64,000 bases of DNA from a candidate division WOR-3 bacterium (GTDB lineage: Bacteria > Hydrothermota > Hydrothermia > Hydrothermales > JAJRUZ01), in NCBI GenBank assembly GCA_024277525.1, contig JAJRUZ010000035.1, positions 1,930-65,929 of the forward strand, written 5' to 3'. Positions 8,855 through 18,373 of the stretch are shown piece by piece (position 1 is the first letter of the stretch; every line of letters begins with the position of its first letter). The position numbers were made by a program, and so were the translations under genes. The notes below the pieces were generated by a model. That model worked only from the letters and a program-made list of their open reading frames with translations, was not told the DNA's origin and did no database searches.

Positions 8855-9693
8855 AGTATAACTTCTTCCCTTCTATCGGAATGACACTGAATATTAACTG
8901 CTACCGGCAATGAAGTAATATGACAGGGATATGTTTCAATATTAACATCAAGGGCTGTTATTCTTCCTCCGAGTCCCATAGGACCTATTCCGAGTTTGTT
9001 TATTTCCTCAAGCAGTTCTTCTTCAAATTGAGCATAAAAGGGGTCGGGATGTCTGTGTCCTATGGGTCTTGCGGTTGCTTTTTTTGCCAAGAATGCTGAA
9101 TATTCAAATGTCCCTCCGATTCCCACTCCCACTACAATAGGGGGACAGGGATTCGCCCCTGCTTTCTTAACTGTTTCAATTACAAATTTTTTAACCCCTT
9201 CCTTACCTTCACCCGGCAAAAGCATCTTGAAAGCACTCATATTTTCACTACCTCCTCCCTTCGGTTCAAATACTATCTTTAATTTGTCTCCGGGAACAAT
9301 ATCAAAATGAATGACAGGAGGGGTATTATCTCCTGTATTTTTCCTTCTTAACGGGTCTTCAACAATTGACTTTCTCAAATAGCCTTCTGTATAACCCTTT
9401 CTTATTCCCTCAATAAGTGCATCCTTGAGTGAACCACCTTCAATTTTCACATCTTCCCCTATTTCAACAAAAAGGACGGCAAAACCCGTATCCTGACATA
9501 AAGGCCTGTTATCCTCTTTTGCAACCTCAATATTTTTCAAAATCTGAGACAAAATTTCCTTCCCGAATGGGGATTCCTCTTTTTCATAAGCATTTTTCAA
9601 CGCATTAACCACATCGTCCTTTAATTCATGCGTTGCTTTTATGCACATATTTTTAACTTCTTCCACAATTTTTTCATATTTTATAATTTTCAT
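8851..9693 (-). CDS. Fe-S type hydro-lyase, fumarate/tartrate dehydratase alpha subunit (class I fumarase N-terminal domain)
   Basis: 280 aa with PLCQDTG motif and the overall FumA/TtdA alpha pattern. GGAGGAGG RBS. Stop overlaps the kinase start (ATGA). Confidence 0.8.
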   Translation of the reverse strand: MKIIKYEKIVEEVKNMCIKATHELKDDVVNALKNAYEKEESPFGKEILSQILKNIEVAKEDNRPLCQDTGFAVLFVEIGEDVKIEGGSLKDALIEGIRKGYTEGYLRKSIVEDPLRRKNTGDNTPPVIHFDIVPGDKLKIVFEPKGGGSENMSAFKMLLPGEGKEGVKKFVIETVKKAGANPCPPIVVGVGIGGTFEYSAFLAKKATARPIGHRHPDPFYAQFEEELLEEINKLGIGPMGLGGRITALDVNIETYPCHITSLPVAVNIQCHSDRREEVIL

Positions 9694-10552
9694 TTTTACC
9701 TCCTCCGAATTTTTTTAATTTTAACATATTATAATTTCCGAATGCATCTTCCATTTTCAAAATAAACTCACCGTTTATTTTCCTTATTTTCATTCTTATT
9801 ATATTTTTACATAAAAAATTGTTTTTTTCAATTTCTATTATACATCCATCAAGTCCCTCTCCCTGTTTAGCAGGCTCAAATTTATAAGGGATACCGGACA
9901 AAAATCTTTTTATGATAGGCTCCCTCTCCCCGCCTATCACGGAGTCAAAAGAACCCGTCATCCCGATATCGGTTATATACCCTGTTCCCTTCGGTAAAAT
10001 TTCATTATCCGATGTTTGAACATGAGTATGGGTACCTATTACAGCTGTGACTTTTCCGTCCGCAAAATATCCGAAAGCAATTTTTTCGGATGTTGCTTCT
10101 GCATGAAAATCAACAATTATAGGTTTTTTAATTTTTTGGATTATTTCTTCCAGCTTTCTGAAAGGACAATCAATCGGTTGCATAAAGACCCTTCCCATTA
10201 GATTTATTACAGTCAAATCTATTCCGTAAATATTGAAGACAGCATATCCTTTACCCGGGGCATTCGGTGGGTAATTTAAAGGTCTCAATAAATTATTTTT
10301 TGTGTCTATCCATTTTAAGATTTCCTTCTTGTCCCAGATATGATTTCCGCTTGTTAAACAATTCACCCCCGCATTCACGATTTCATTGTAAATTTTTTCG
10401 GTCAATCCGTTTCCGTGTGCAGCATTTTCCACATTTGCTATTACAAAACTTACATAAAAATTTTTTTTTATTTCGGGCAAAATCTCTTTTAATACTTTTC
10501 TTCCCGTCTTCCCGACAATATCACCTACGAATAATACTTTCAGGAGGTCCAT
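9674..10552 (-). CDS. ymdB: YmdB-family metallophosphoesterase (2',3'-cyclic-nucleotide phosphodiesterase-like)
   Basis: Motifs LFVGDIVGKTGR, NVENAAHGNGLT, SGNHIWDKKE, DFHAEATSEK, GTHTHVQTSD. Confidence 0.85.
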   Translation of the reverse strand: MDLLKVLFVGDIVGKTGRKVLKEILPEIKKNFYVSFVIANVENAAHGNGLTEKIYNEIVNAGVNCLTSGNHIWDKKEILKWIDTKNNLLRPLNYPPNAPGKGYAVFNIYGIDLTVINLMGRVFMQPIDCPFRKLEEIIQKIKKPIIVDFHAEATSEKIAFGYFADGKVTAVIGTHTHVQTSDNEILPKGTGYITDIGMTGSFDSVIGGEREPIIKRFLSGIPYKFEPAKQGEGLDGCIIEIEKNNFLCKNIIRMKIRKINGEFILKMEDAFGNYNMLKLKKFGGGKNENYKI

Positions 10553-11186
10553 TTAAATATATTTCCTTTGCAATTTTTAAATCCTTTAAAAGCAATTCCT
10601 CTTCCCTCGGATTCTGTAAAACCCTTGAAGGATGTAATGTAATCACAACGGGTATTTTTTTGTATTCATAAACAAGTCCCCTTTCCTTTGTAACTGCGAT
10701 ATTTCTTCCCGTCAAAACATAAGCAGCAAATCTTCCGAGCGCAACAATTACCTTAGGATTCAATATTTCTATTTGTTTTTCAAAATATGGAAAACAAGAT
10801 TTAATTTCTTTTTCCTCAGGGTCTCTGTTTCTGGGTGGTCTGCATTTTAATGTATTCAATATATAAACCCCCTCCCTTCTTATACCCGCCCTCATCAGAA
10901 TTTCATTTAATTTTTTACCCGCTCTTCCGACAAAAGGGATCCCCTGTTTATCCTCTTCTGCTCCAGGTGCTTCTCCTACAAGAACAAAACCGGTCAAAGG
11001 GTTGCCATCCCCGAATACCACATTTTTTCTCGTCTTATATAAGGGACATTTTCTACATCTCAAAGTTCTCTTCTTTAACCTTTCCAAAAGCACGGTTTTT
11101 AAAAAATCTTTTTTTTCTACCATAATATTTTCATCACCCATTGTTTCTTTTGCATAGAATAAAATCTCATAAGGATTTAATTTCAT
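10521..11186 (-). CDS. uracil-DNA glycosylase, family 4
   Basis: CRKCPL.., GEAPGAEEDKQGIPFVGRAGKKL, and HPS near the C-terminus. Confidence 0.85.
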   Translation of the reverse strand: MKLNPYEILFYAKETMGDENIMVEKKDFLKTVLLERLKKRTLRCRKCPLYKTRKNVVFGDGNPLTGFVLVGEAPGAEEDKQGIPFVGRAGKKLNEILMRAGIRREGVYILNTLKCRPPRNRDPEEKEIKSCFPYFEKQIEILNPKVIVALGRFAAYVLTGRNIAVTKERGLVYEYKKIPVVITLHPSRVLQNPREEELLLKDLKIAKEIYLNGPPESIIRR

Positions 11187-12352
11187 TATAGAATTTCTGC
11201 TATTTTTTTTGAAATCTCAAATGCAGCCTTCATTTTATGCATTTCTTCATATTCATAAATTTCCTTAGTTTTTTTAATTATCTTCATTTCAATCTTTTCA
11301 GAACCCATGGTTTTAACCGTATTCAAAATAATCATATCAAGGTTCTTGCTTTTAATTTTTTTATAAGCCTCTTTAATGTCAAATTTGTCCTCAAGGGCAA
11401 AACCTATAAATTTTGTTTTATTTTTGAACTTTTTAATCTCTGCAAGTATATCAATATTCTTTTCAAATTCAATTTTTAATTTTTCTTTGTTTTTTTTAAT
11501 TTTCTTCTCATATTTTTTCGCCGGTTTATAATCAGAAACAGCTGCACACATAATAAGTGCATCATATCTTTTATTTTCAATTTCATTTTTAAGAATTTCA
11601 AACATTTCTTCGCTTTTTTTTACTCTTTTAATATCAGGCGGAAGTTCAAAATCTGTTTTTCCCGCAATTGCGAAAACAGAGCATCTCATTGATTTTAATA
11701 TTTTATAAAGGGAATATCCCATTCTTCCGGATGACTTATTTGTAATAACTCTTACCGTGTCTATCTCCTCTTCCGTTCTTCCGAATACTAATATTATTTT
11801 CTTATCCTTTAATTTATTTTTTATTTTAATTATCTCTTCAATTTCTCTCACAATTTCTTCCGGTTCCTTCAATCTTCCTTTTCCGATTGTTAAATCAGAC
11901 ATTTCGCCGTATGTTGCTTCAATAACATACACTCCCATTTTTTCGAGATTTTTTAAATGTTTTGTATGGATTTCACTTTCATAAAGGGAGGGGTGCATGC
12001 ACGGAGCAACAATTTTGGGAACATTTGCGGTATGAAAAATTAAAGACAAAAGGTCATCCGCAATTCCTATGGATACTTTTGTAATAAAATTAAAAGTTGC
12101 AGGAACAATTGCAATGAGGTCTGCTTCCCTGGATAATTTCACATGAATAGGTATTTTATTATCTTCTATTTCAAACATATTATAATAAACTTTCTCATTC
12201 AGCAGCGAAGTTAGGGTTAAGGGTGTTACAAATTTTAAAGCGTTTTTAGTCAGTACAGGAATAACTTTGTGTCCTTTTTTCAAGAGAAGTCTTGCAACCG
12301 ACGGTGCTTTATATGCACCTATGCTTCCGGTTATTCCTAATATTATCTTCAC
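11186..12352 (-). CDS. coaBC: bifunctional phosphopantothenoylcysteine decarboxylase / phosphopantothenate-cysteine ligase
   Basis: 388 aa with flavoprotein N-terminus ILGITGSIGAYKAP and a DFP-like C-terminal half (AAVSDYKP). GTG start overlaps the rpoZ-like stop. Confidence 0.85.
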   Translation of the reverse strand: MKIILGITGSIGAYKAPSVARLLLKKGHKVIPVLTKNALKFVTPLTLTSLLNEKVYYNMFEIEDNKIPIHVKLSREADLIAIVPATFNFITKVSIGIADDLLSLIFHTANVPKIVAPCMHPSLYESEIHTKHLKNLEKMGVYVIEATYGEMSDLTIGKGRLKEPEEIVREIEEIIKIKNKLKDKKIILVFGRTEEEIDTVRVITNKSSGRMGYSLYKILKSMRCSVFAIAGKTDFELPPDIKRVKKSEEMFEILKNEIENKRYDALIMCAAVSDYKPAKKYEKKIKKNKEKLKIEFEKNIDILAEIKKFKNKTKFIGFALEDKFDIKEAYKKIKSKNLDMIILNTVKTMGSEKIEMKIIKKTKEIYEYEEMHKMKAAFEISKKIAEIL

Positions 12353-12564
12353 GAAGCAACTCTTCTTATCTCAATTTCACCTTCGGTAAAGTTTTTTATG
12401 CTTTCTTTAATTGCCTTTTCCCCGGGTGATTCAATATCTGAACCGAAGAGTTCTTTCAGAATTCTTCTCGTTTCTTTCATAATAATAACAAGACCCTTAA
12501 ATTTATTCTGTTCCCTGTTTAAAACATCTTCAATTCCATAATCTTTTAAAAAGTTTTTTTTCAT
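12349..12564 (-). CDS. rpoZ: probable RNA polymerase omega subunit
   Basis: 71 aa. IEDVLN..NKFKGLVIIMKETRRI resembles the RpoZ core VEDCL..NRFELVLLAAKRAR. Sits in the conserved position just upstream of coaBC. Confidence 0.5.
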   Translation of the reverse strand: MKKNFLKDYGIEDVLNREQNKFKGLVIIMKETRRILKELFGSDIESPGEKAIKESIKNFTEGEIEIRRVAS

Positions 12565-12577
12565 TCAATAAATTTTA

Positions 12578-12650
12578 TGGGCCGTCGGGGATTCGAACCC
12601 CGGACCCCTGGATTAAAAATCCAGTGCTCTTCCTACTGAGCTAACGGCCC
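12578..12650 (-). tRNA. tRNA-Lys (anticodon TTT)
   Basis: Minus strand GGGCCGTTAGCTCAGTAGGAAGAGCACTGGATTTTTAATCCAGGGGTCCGGGGTTCGAATCCCCGACGGCCCA folds as a cloverleaf: 7-bp acceptor, anticodon loop TTTTTAA, T-loop TTCGAAT. CCA is not encoded. Confidence 0.9.
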
Positions 12651-12674
12651 GTGTTTTTAATTATAATATCTATT

Positions 12675-13064
12675 ATGTTAAAAAATCAAGATTTTTATGA
12701 GAAAATTTTAAAAATGGCTGAAGATGTTAAAAACAATGCCTATGCTCCTTATTCAAATTTTAGAGTCGGAGCTGTCTTGCTCACAAAGAGCAGTAAAGTT
12801 TACACCGGTTGTAATATAGAGAATTCGTCTTACGGTCTTACAATATGTGCTGAAAGGGTTGCTGTATTTAAGGCGGTTTCGGAAGGAGAAAGGGAATTTA
12901 AGATACTTGTTCTTTGCGCTGACAAGGATGTCTTTCCCTGTGGCGCATGTCTTCAGGTTCTCAATGAATTCTCTCCTGAAATTGAAATTGTCCTTAAATT
13001 AAAGAAGGAAGTAAAAAAATTTAAATTAAAGGATTTATTGCCTTACGCATTCAAATTATTTTAA
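12675..13064 (+). CDS. cdd: cytidine deaminase
   Basis: APYSNFRVGA, CAERVA, PCGACLQVLNEF zinc motifs. Start moved to the ATG at 12675, because the track's GTG at 12651 abuts the tRNA. Confidence 0.85.
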   Translation: MLKNQDFYEKILKMAEDVKNNAYAPYSNFRVGAVLLTKSSKVYTGCNIENSSYGLTICAERVAVFKAVSEGEREFKILVLCADKDVFPCGACLQVLNEFSPEIEIVLKLKKEVKKFKLKDLLPYAFKLF

Positions 13065-13112
13065 TCAGAAGATTTACGGTTGGAAAAAGAGCTATAAGAG
13101 CACAAATACAAT

Positions 13113-13139
13113 GTAGGAAGTGTATCTTACGGTAAATGC
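13113..13139 (+). repeat. degenerate REP-like element (GTAGGAAG + weak hairpin)
   Basis: GTAGGAAGTGTATCTTACGGTAAATG aligns by eye at about three quarters identity with the element at 52715-52737 (GTAGGAGCGGTATCCTTACCGCGAAATG). Lies between convergent genes. Confidence 0.35.
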
Positions 13140-13155
13140 TTGTCCAAATTAAAAA

Positions 13156-14397
13156 TTACATACACACAATAAGTGTGGACCATCCGAAGTTTCTCATTGC
13201 TTTACCGGGATGTCCTGAAAACGGGTCATAAAACTCACAAAATCCGTATTTTTTAATTAATTCAATCGTTCTATTTTTGATTTTTTCATAAATTTCCTTT
13301 TTTTTATGTCTTAAAAGTCCTTTTAAAATAAACCAATTTGTATTTATCCATGTTGTTCCTCTCCATAAAAATCTTGTATCTGTGAGGGGTCCGAAAGATT
13401 TTTCATCCTTTGAGACAGAAGGAATAGGGAACGGCAAAAAGAATTCGTTCGTATTTAAAAGATGCTCTAAAAGATTATTAACATAATATTCGGGTATATC
13501 AAGACATAAGGGAAAAAGAGATGAAATTGTTTTTACTTTTGCTTTAAACTCTTTATCCTTTTTATGATAAATCCCGTAAAATATTTTATCTTTTTCATCC
13601 CAAAATTTCTCTAAGATTTTTTCTTTTATTTTTTCGTAAAGTTTCTTCAGTTCTTTTGCTTTTTCTTTGTCAATAAGTTCCCATAAATTTGAAATCGAAT
13701 CTACTGATAGAGCATATATTGTATTAAAAGCAACATCTTCAAAATCAAAAATGTTTTTATTGAAAATTTCTTTAATATCCCATTTTAACTTTTTATATAT
13801 CTCAAGCATGTTTCTTATTTTTTTCTTTGTTAGAAGTGGATTATGGGAATAATTATCAAAAGCAAGATCAAATTGAGGAGCCATATCCATTCCGGACTCC
13901 ATCGGAGTTATTATTGAGATTAAAAAATCCTCGTCAGGGTCCCTTTCTTTCTTAAGATAATCAAAATATTTTTGAACTCTTGGGAGATATTTTTTCAGAA
14001 ACTCTTTATCCTGATTTTCTTTATAAATTTCCTTTATTGTAATTCCTATAACAGGGGGTTGAATTTCTGCTGTGAAATACTTGTATTGCGGATGGGCTTC
14101 CATTTTCCACCATTTTTTAAATATAAAAAAATCTTTAAATCTCATTTTCCAAAATATAATATGGGGAATGAAACCGTTTTCAAGCTGGCATGATAAAAGC
14201 GAGTCTATTTCTTTTATGCTGTATTCAAAATTAAATTTTGACATTACAATTGCATGGAAACATGAATCCCAGAACCATTGATGAAAGTGTTCTTTATCAG
14301 GTGCAATATAAAAATAATTCTTTTTAAGATTTTTACTGTATCCCTCTTTTTTATTGGACAATAAAATTTTTAATGCCCTTTCTTTCAGCTCTTCCAT
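13156..14397 (-). CDS. (alpha/alpha)6-barrel glycoside hydrolase-like protein (GH63/GH15-like, glucosyl/mannosylglycerate hydrolase-like)
   Basis: 413 aa. QWFWDSCFHAIV near the N-terminus and WRGTTWINTNWFILKGL near the C-terminus are typical of this fold. Family assignment is not verified. Confidence 0.5.
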   Translation of the reverse strand: MEELKERALKILLSNKKEGYSKNLKKNYFYIAPDKEHFHQWFWDSCFHAIVMSKFNFEYSIKEIDSLLSCQLENGFIPHIIFWKMRFKDFFIFKKWWKMEAHPQYKYFTAEIQPPVIGITIKEIYKENQDKEFLKKYLPRVQKYFDYLKKERDPDEDFLISIITPMESGMDMAPQFDLAFDNYSHNPLLTKKKIRNMLEIYKKLKWDIKEIFNKNIFDFEDVAFNTIYALSVDSISNLWELIDKEKAKELKKLYEKIKEKILEKFWDEKDKIFYGIYHKKDKEFKAKVKTISSLFPLCLDIPEYYVNNLLEHLLNTNEFFLPFPIPSVSKDEKSFGPLTDTRFLWRGTTWINTNWFILKGLLRHKKKEIYEKIKNRTIELIKKYGFCEFYDPFSGHPGKAMRNFGWSTLIVCM

Positions 14398-15743
14398 TCA
14401 ATATCATATTTTTTTATTTTTTCATAAAGGGTTTTTCTTGATATACCCAAAATTCTTGCAGCTTCACTTATATTTCCGTTTGAATCTTTTATTACCTTAC
14501 TGATAACTTCTTTCTCTATCCTTTCCATTTCTTTTTCCAAATAATCTTTTAAATTTCTTATTTCTTTTTCTTTCCTTCTTTCTTCTCTTTCGGTTATAAA
14601 CAAGTCCTCGGGTTTTATTATTCCGTCATCCGTCAGAATGGCTGCCCTTTCCAGCATATTTTCGAGTTCCCTTATATTGCCCGGATAATCATAAGATAAA
14701 AGAATCTCTTTTGTTCTATCTTCTAAGATCAATTCTTTACCGAGTTTTCTTTCCAGTTTTTTTATATAATTTTCTGCGATGAGTAAAATGTCCTCCTTTC
14801 TTTCCCTTAAAGCAGGTAGGTGAATGGGAAATACTGCAATTCTATAATAAAGGTCTTCACGAAATTCTCCTTTTTCAACCAATTTTTTAAGGTCCCTGTT
14901 TGTAGCTGCTATTATTCTTGGATCAACTTTAATCGGTTTCAGTCCCCCTAATCTTTCAATTTCCTTATATTCAATTGCTCTCAAAAGTTTTGCTTGTAAA
15001 TCAAGAGGTAATTCCGCTATTTCATCAAGGAAAAGTGTTCCTCCATCTGCAATTTCAAATTTACCTATCTTGGTTTTGTAGGCACCTGTAAAAGCTCCTT
15101 TTTCCGAGCCGAAGAGTTCATTCTCCAAAAGTTCTCGCGGAATAGCAGCACAGTTTATTGCAATAAAAGGTCCTTCCTTTCTTTTTGAATTCAAATGTAT
15201 AAATCTTGCAAATACTTCTTTTCCTGTCCCCGATTCACCTATTAAAAGAACTGTTATATCTTCTTCTGCTACTTTTTTTGCAAGGTTTAAAGCATCAAGG
15301 AATTTTTTGCTTTTTCCCACAATTTCGGGAAAAGGCTTAAGGAGTTCTTCTTTTAATGCTTTTTCTTTTTCTTTTTCTTTCTTTATTTTTTCTATCAGTA
15401 TTATCACTTCTGAAGGTTCAAAAGGTTTTGTTAAATAATGATATGCTCCTTTTTTAATTGCTTTAATCGCATCTTCTATTGAGCCGTATGCGGTTACCAC
15501 AATTATTTCGCTTCTTACACCGATTTTATTTTTAAGTTCATCCAAAAGTTCGATTCCATTTGCTTCTTTTAACCTTACATCTAAGATTATAAACTCCGGC
15601 TCCTCTGTTTTCAGTTCTTTTAAAAATTTGTCAACCTCTGTAAATGCTTTTGCTTCGTATCCCTTTTTTTGAAGAAACAGTCTCAACGACTCCGCAAAAC
15701 TTTTGTTATCATCAAGAATATGAATTCTTTCTCTATTCTCCAT
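14385..15743 (-). CDS. NtrC-family sigma54-dependent response regulator (REC, AAA+, Fis HTH)
   Basis: DD..LDVRL receiver, GESGTGKE, GAFTGA, GGTLFLDEI, YPGNIRELEN, C-terminal ISRKTLYEKIKKY. Confidence 0.9.
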   Translation of the reverse strand: MENRERIHILDDNKSFAESLRLFLQKKGYEAKAFTEVDKFLKELKTEEPEFIILDVRLKEANGIELLDELKNKIGVRSEIIVVTAYGSIEDAIKAIKKGAYHYLTKPFEPSEVIILIEKIKKEKEKEKALKEELLKPFPEIVGKSKKFLDALNLAKKVAEEDITVLLIGESGTGKEVFARFIHLNSKRKEGPFIAINCAAIPRELLENELFGSEKGAFTGAYKTKIGKFEIADGGTLFLDEIAELPLDLQAKLLRAIEYKEIERLGGLKPIKVDPRIIAATNRDLKKLVEKGEFREDLYYRIAVFPIHLPALRERKEDILLIAENYIKKLERKLGKELILEDRTKEILLSYDYPGNIRELENMLERAAILTDDGIIKPEDLFITEREERRKEKEIRNLKDYLEKEMERIEKEVISKVIKDSNGNISEAARILGISRKTLYEKIKKYDIEWKS

Positions 15744-17010
15744 AAAAGGGAATAATTATATCAATTTTTGTGCCTTTATTTTCTTCGGATTCTACTTTTA
15801 TATCCCATCCCTGAATTTTAACTATCTGATAAACCATAGATAATCCGAGCCCGAGATTTTCTTTTTTTGTAGTAAAAAACGGAACAAAAATGTTTTTTAA
15901 TGTCTTTTTATCCATTCCTTTGCCGTTATCCTGAATGGAAATTATTATATTATCCTCTGTTTTTTTTGTTTCAATCCTTATTTTGCCCTCCCTTTCAATT
16001 GCTTCAATTGAGTTATTAATTATATTAAAAAATAACTTTTGGGTTAAAATAGGAAGACACTTTATATTAAGATCCTGAATATTCTTTTCAATTTCAATAT
16101 TTTTATCAGTTTTCCTAATCTTGGACTTAACTTCCTCTTCTATGCTATCCATCATTTCTTTAAGATTTGCAATTGAGTAGTCTTCTGTTCTTCCTTTCAT
16201 CAGGTTATTATATTCATTTAAAACCTGTTTCAATTCCATGATTTTATCTTCTGTCTCATGAATCAAATTTTTAATTTCTTCATCTTCTTCTTTTATGGAT
16301 ATTTCAAGCAACTTTAGGGTATTCAAAAGAGAGGCAATGATATTATTTATTTCATGAATTAAGTTTGCGGTGAAATGCCCGAGTATTAAGAATTTGTTTT
16401 CCATTTGTTTCTTTTTTAATATCTTTAATGTTTTCTTATCAAGAATTCCTTTAAATATTTTTTCTGCATCAATCTCTTCTTTTTCCATTATTTCTCTTAT
16501 GAGATTAAAAGGTTTCAAAATCGTGAAGATAAAAACAGCAAATGTTAGAACCCATAAAAAAATTATTATTATTCTTGTAATTTCGTATGATTTATTCGTT
16601 TTAAAAATATAGGGTGTTGTTCTCATAATCAAAAAGGTTGTATCTTTTGACGTATATTTTGCTATATATGTGTTTGAATTTAAAAACTCAAAATCATTCT
16701 CGGAAGAGATAAATTTATTCATCATTTTCCTATCCAGTTCCATCCCCCCGTATTCAGAATAGATTTTTTTATATTTATTTTTATGAAACACATAGAGCAT
16801 CTCTATATCAGGTGATAATCTAAATAACTGAATTAAATCTTTTATCTTTTTACCTTTTAATGATTTTATTTGACTGTGTATATAATTTTCTATAAACATT
16901 TTTTCAACTTCTTTTTCCTGTCTGTATATTATCTCCAGAATTATGGGAATACTGAATAGAATCAAAACAGTGAAAGTAAGCAAAATATTGATGATTCTTA
17001 TTTTATTCAA
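15733..17010 (-). CDS. sensor histidine kinase (two TM segments, HisKA, HATPase_c)
   Basis: H-box ANLIHEINN, N-box FFNIINNSIEA, G-boxes DNGKGM and GLGLSM. TTG start. Confidence 0.85.
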   Translation of the reverse strand: MNKIRIINILLTFTVLILFSIPIILEIIYRQEKEVEKMFIENYIHSQIKSLKGKKIKDLIQLFRLSPDIEMLYVFHKNKYKKIYSEYGGMELDRKMMNKFISSENDFEFLNSNTYIAKYTSKDTTFLIMRTTPYIFKTNKSYEITRIIIIFLWVLTFAVFIFTILKPFNLIREIMEKEEIDAEKIFKGILDKKTLKILKKKQMENKFLILGHFTANLIHEINNIIASLLNTLKLLEISIKEEDEEIKNLIHETEDKIMELKQVLNEYNNLMKGRTEDYSIANLKEMMDSIEEEVKSKIRKTDKNIEIEKNIQDLNIKCLPILTQKLFFNIINNSIEAIEREGKIRIETKKTEDNIIISIQDNGKGMDKKTLKNIFVPFFTTKKENLGLGLSMVYQIVKIQGWDIKVESEENKGTKIDIIIPFYGE

Positions 17011-17016
17011 AATTAT

Positions 17017-17895
17017 TTATTTAGTGAAAGAAAAATTAAGTCTGTAAGTTACATTATTTCCTGCTGTATCCGAGACTTCAAATTCAATTACATAATTTCC
17101 TTCTTTTTCCAGCTTTCCGTTAATTATTCCCTGGATACTGTCAATAGTTATTCCGGGTGGTGCTTTTTTTAATTTGAATTTTAAAGGGTCTCCATCGTAG
17201 TCATAAGCCGGAATTTTAAAGTTTATTACACCGTTTTTTGCTGTTAATTTTTCTCCGGGTTTAATTTTTATTTCCGGGGGAGAATTGAGAACGAATGTTC
17301 TCAGAATAAAAGGAGTTTCTGATGTATCTTCTCCATCAAATGCATAAATAAATACTTCAATCATATCACCTGTTTTAAGGTTTACTTCTATTTCGTTTCC
17401 GTTTTTTGCGTATTCTTCACCGTTTATTCTCCATTCGCATATATATTCAAGTTCATCGCCATCATCATCTGCTCCTTCTATATTTACTTTTATTTTCTTC
17501 TGTTTGGAAAATACTTTTTTTCCTTCAAATTCTGCGTTTTTAATATAGGGTTTTGAATTTTTGACCGTTACGGTATCAGAATAAAATTTTTTTCCGTTTA
17601 CAATCAATTCTGCGAAGACTTTATCTCCTTTTTTAAAATATTCGGGTAATAAAAATTTTCCTCCTTTTTTGAATTCTCCGTTTACATACCATTTAACATC
17701 AAAATTTTCGCCTTTAAGTCCTTGTATCCTTACCCTCAGCTTTTCTGTTCCGGAAGGTTCTTTCGGTATTATTTCAAAGTTTTTTATTCCTTCCTCGGGT
17801 TTTTTATATTTCTTTTTTTCTTCCCTTTTACAGGTTATGCATAGCAACAGAGGTAGAATAAGGAATATCTTTGTAAAATTATCCACCAGGAACAT
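17017..17895 (-). CDS. lipoprotein with Ig-like / cadherin-like repeats
   Basis: Lipobox-like LLLCITC. Repeats with DDDGDELEY and YDYDGDPLKF..APPGITIDS..G.I.G motifs. Confidence 0.6.
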   Translation of the reverse strand: MFLVDNFTKIFLILPLLLCITCKREEKKKYKKPEEGIKNFEIIPKEPSGTEKLRVRIQGLKGENFDVKWYVNGEFKKGGKFLLPEYFKKGDKVFAELIVNGKKFYSDTVTVKNSKPYIKNAEFEGKKVFSKQKKIKVNIEGADDDGDELEYICEWRINGEEYAKNGNEIEVNLKTGDMIEVFIYAFDGEDTSETPFILRTFVLNSPPEIKIKPGEKLTAKNGVINFKIPAYDYDGDPLKFKLKKAPPGITIDSIQGIINGKLEKEGNYVIEFEVSDTAGNNVTYRLNFSFTK

Positions 17896-18358
17896 TCGGG
17901 ACCCTTCTCAATAAAGTATGAAGTTCGTACCGGAGATTATCTCTTACTGCTTCTGATATAATCAGATATTCAAGAGCAGTTGAGCCTACGGCACTTTTTG
18001 CGACTCCTTTATATGCTTCCGCAAAGCCTATGTATCCGCCTGCTAAGGGGGTTGAAGCCATTTTCCTTGTAAAAACGATTATCTTAAAACCTTCTTTATT
18101 TAACTCTTTTGTTCCGAGATAAGTATTAGAGCCGGTTGAAAAAGCCAATTGGACTGTTTGCATTCCTTCCTGTATTCCGTATTCAGACATTGCGAATGCA
18201 TCGCCTATGGTTTTTTGGGTAGTTGTAATAATCATAGTCTTTGAGACAAGGAAGAGTGCAAGAGTTGCCAAAATTAAAACAACAGTAAGAACTATAACAG
18301 TAGTAACCAAAGCCACCCCCTCTTTCCCCTTATTTTTGCTTATTATTTTATCTTTCAT
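17879..18358 (-). CDS. PilX-like pilus assembly protein / minor pilin
   Basis: N-terminal KGKEGVALVTTVIVLTVVLILATLALF (PilX_N-like) with an AGGAGG RBS. Located in a minor-pilin operon. Confidence 0.55.
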   Translation of the reverse strand: MKDKIISKNKGKEGVALVTTVIVLTVVLILATLALFLVSKTMIITTTQKTIGDAFAMSEYGIQEGMQTVQLAFSTGSNTYLGTKELNKEGFKIIVFTRKMASTPLAGGYIGFAEAYKGVAKSAVGSTALEYLIISEAVRDNLRYELHTLLRRVPNVPGG

Positions 18359-18373
18359 AAAAAACCTCCTTTT

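Noticed and set aside
12651-12674. GTG start of cdd given in the ORF track
   Set aside because: It begins immediately next to the tRNA-Lys gene on the other strand and adds a hydrophobic extension. The ATG at 12675 gives a canonical cytidine deaminase N-terminus.
12578-13155. tRNA-Lys as the attachment site of an integrated element
   Set aside because: There is no integrase, no direct repeat of the tRNA 3' end, and the flanking genes are ordinary housekeeping genes.
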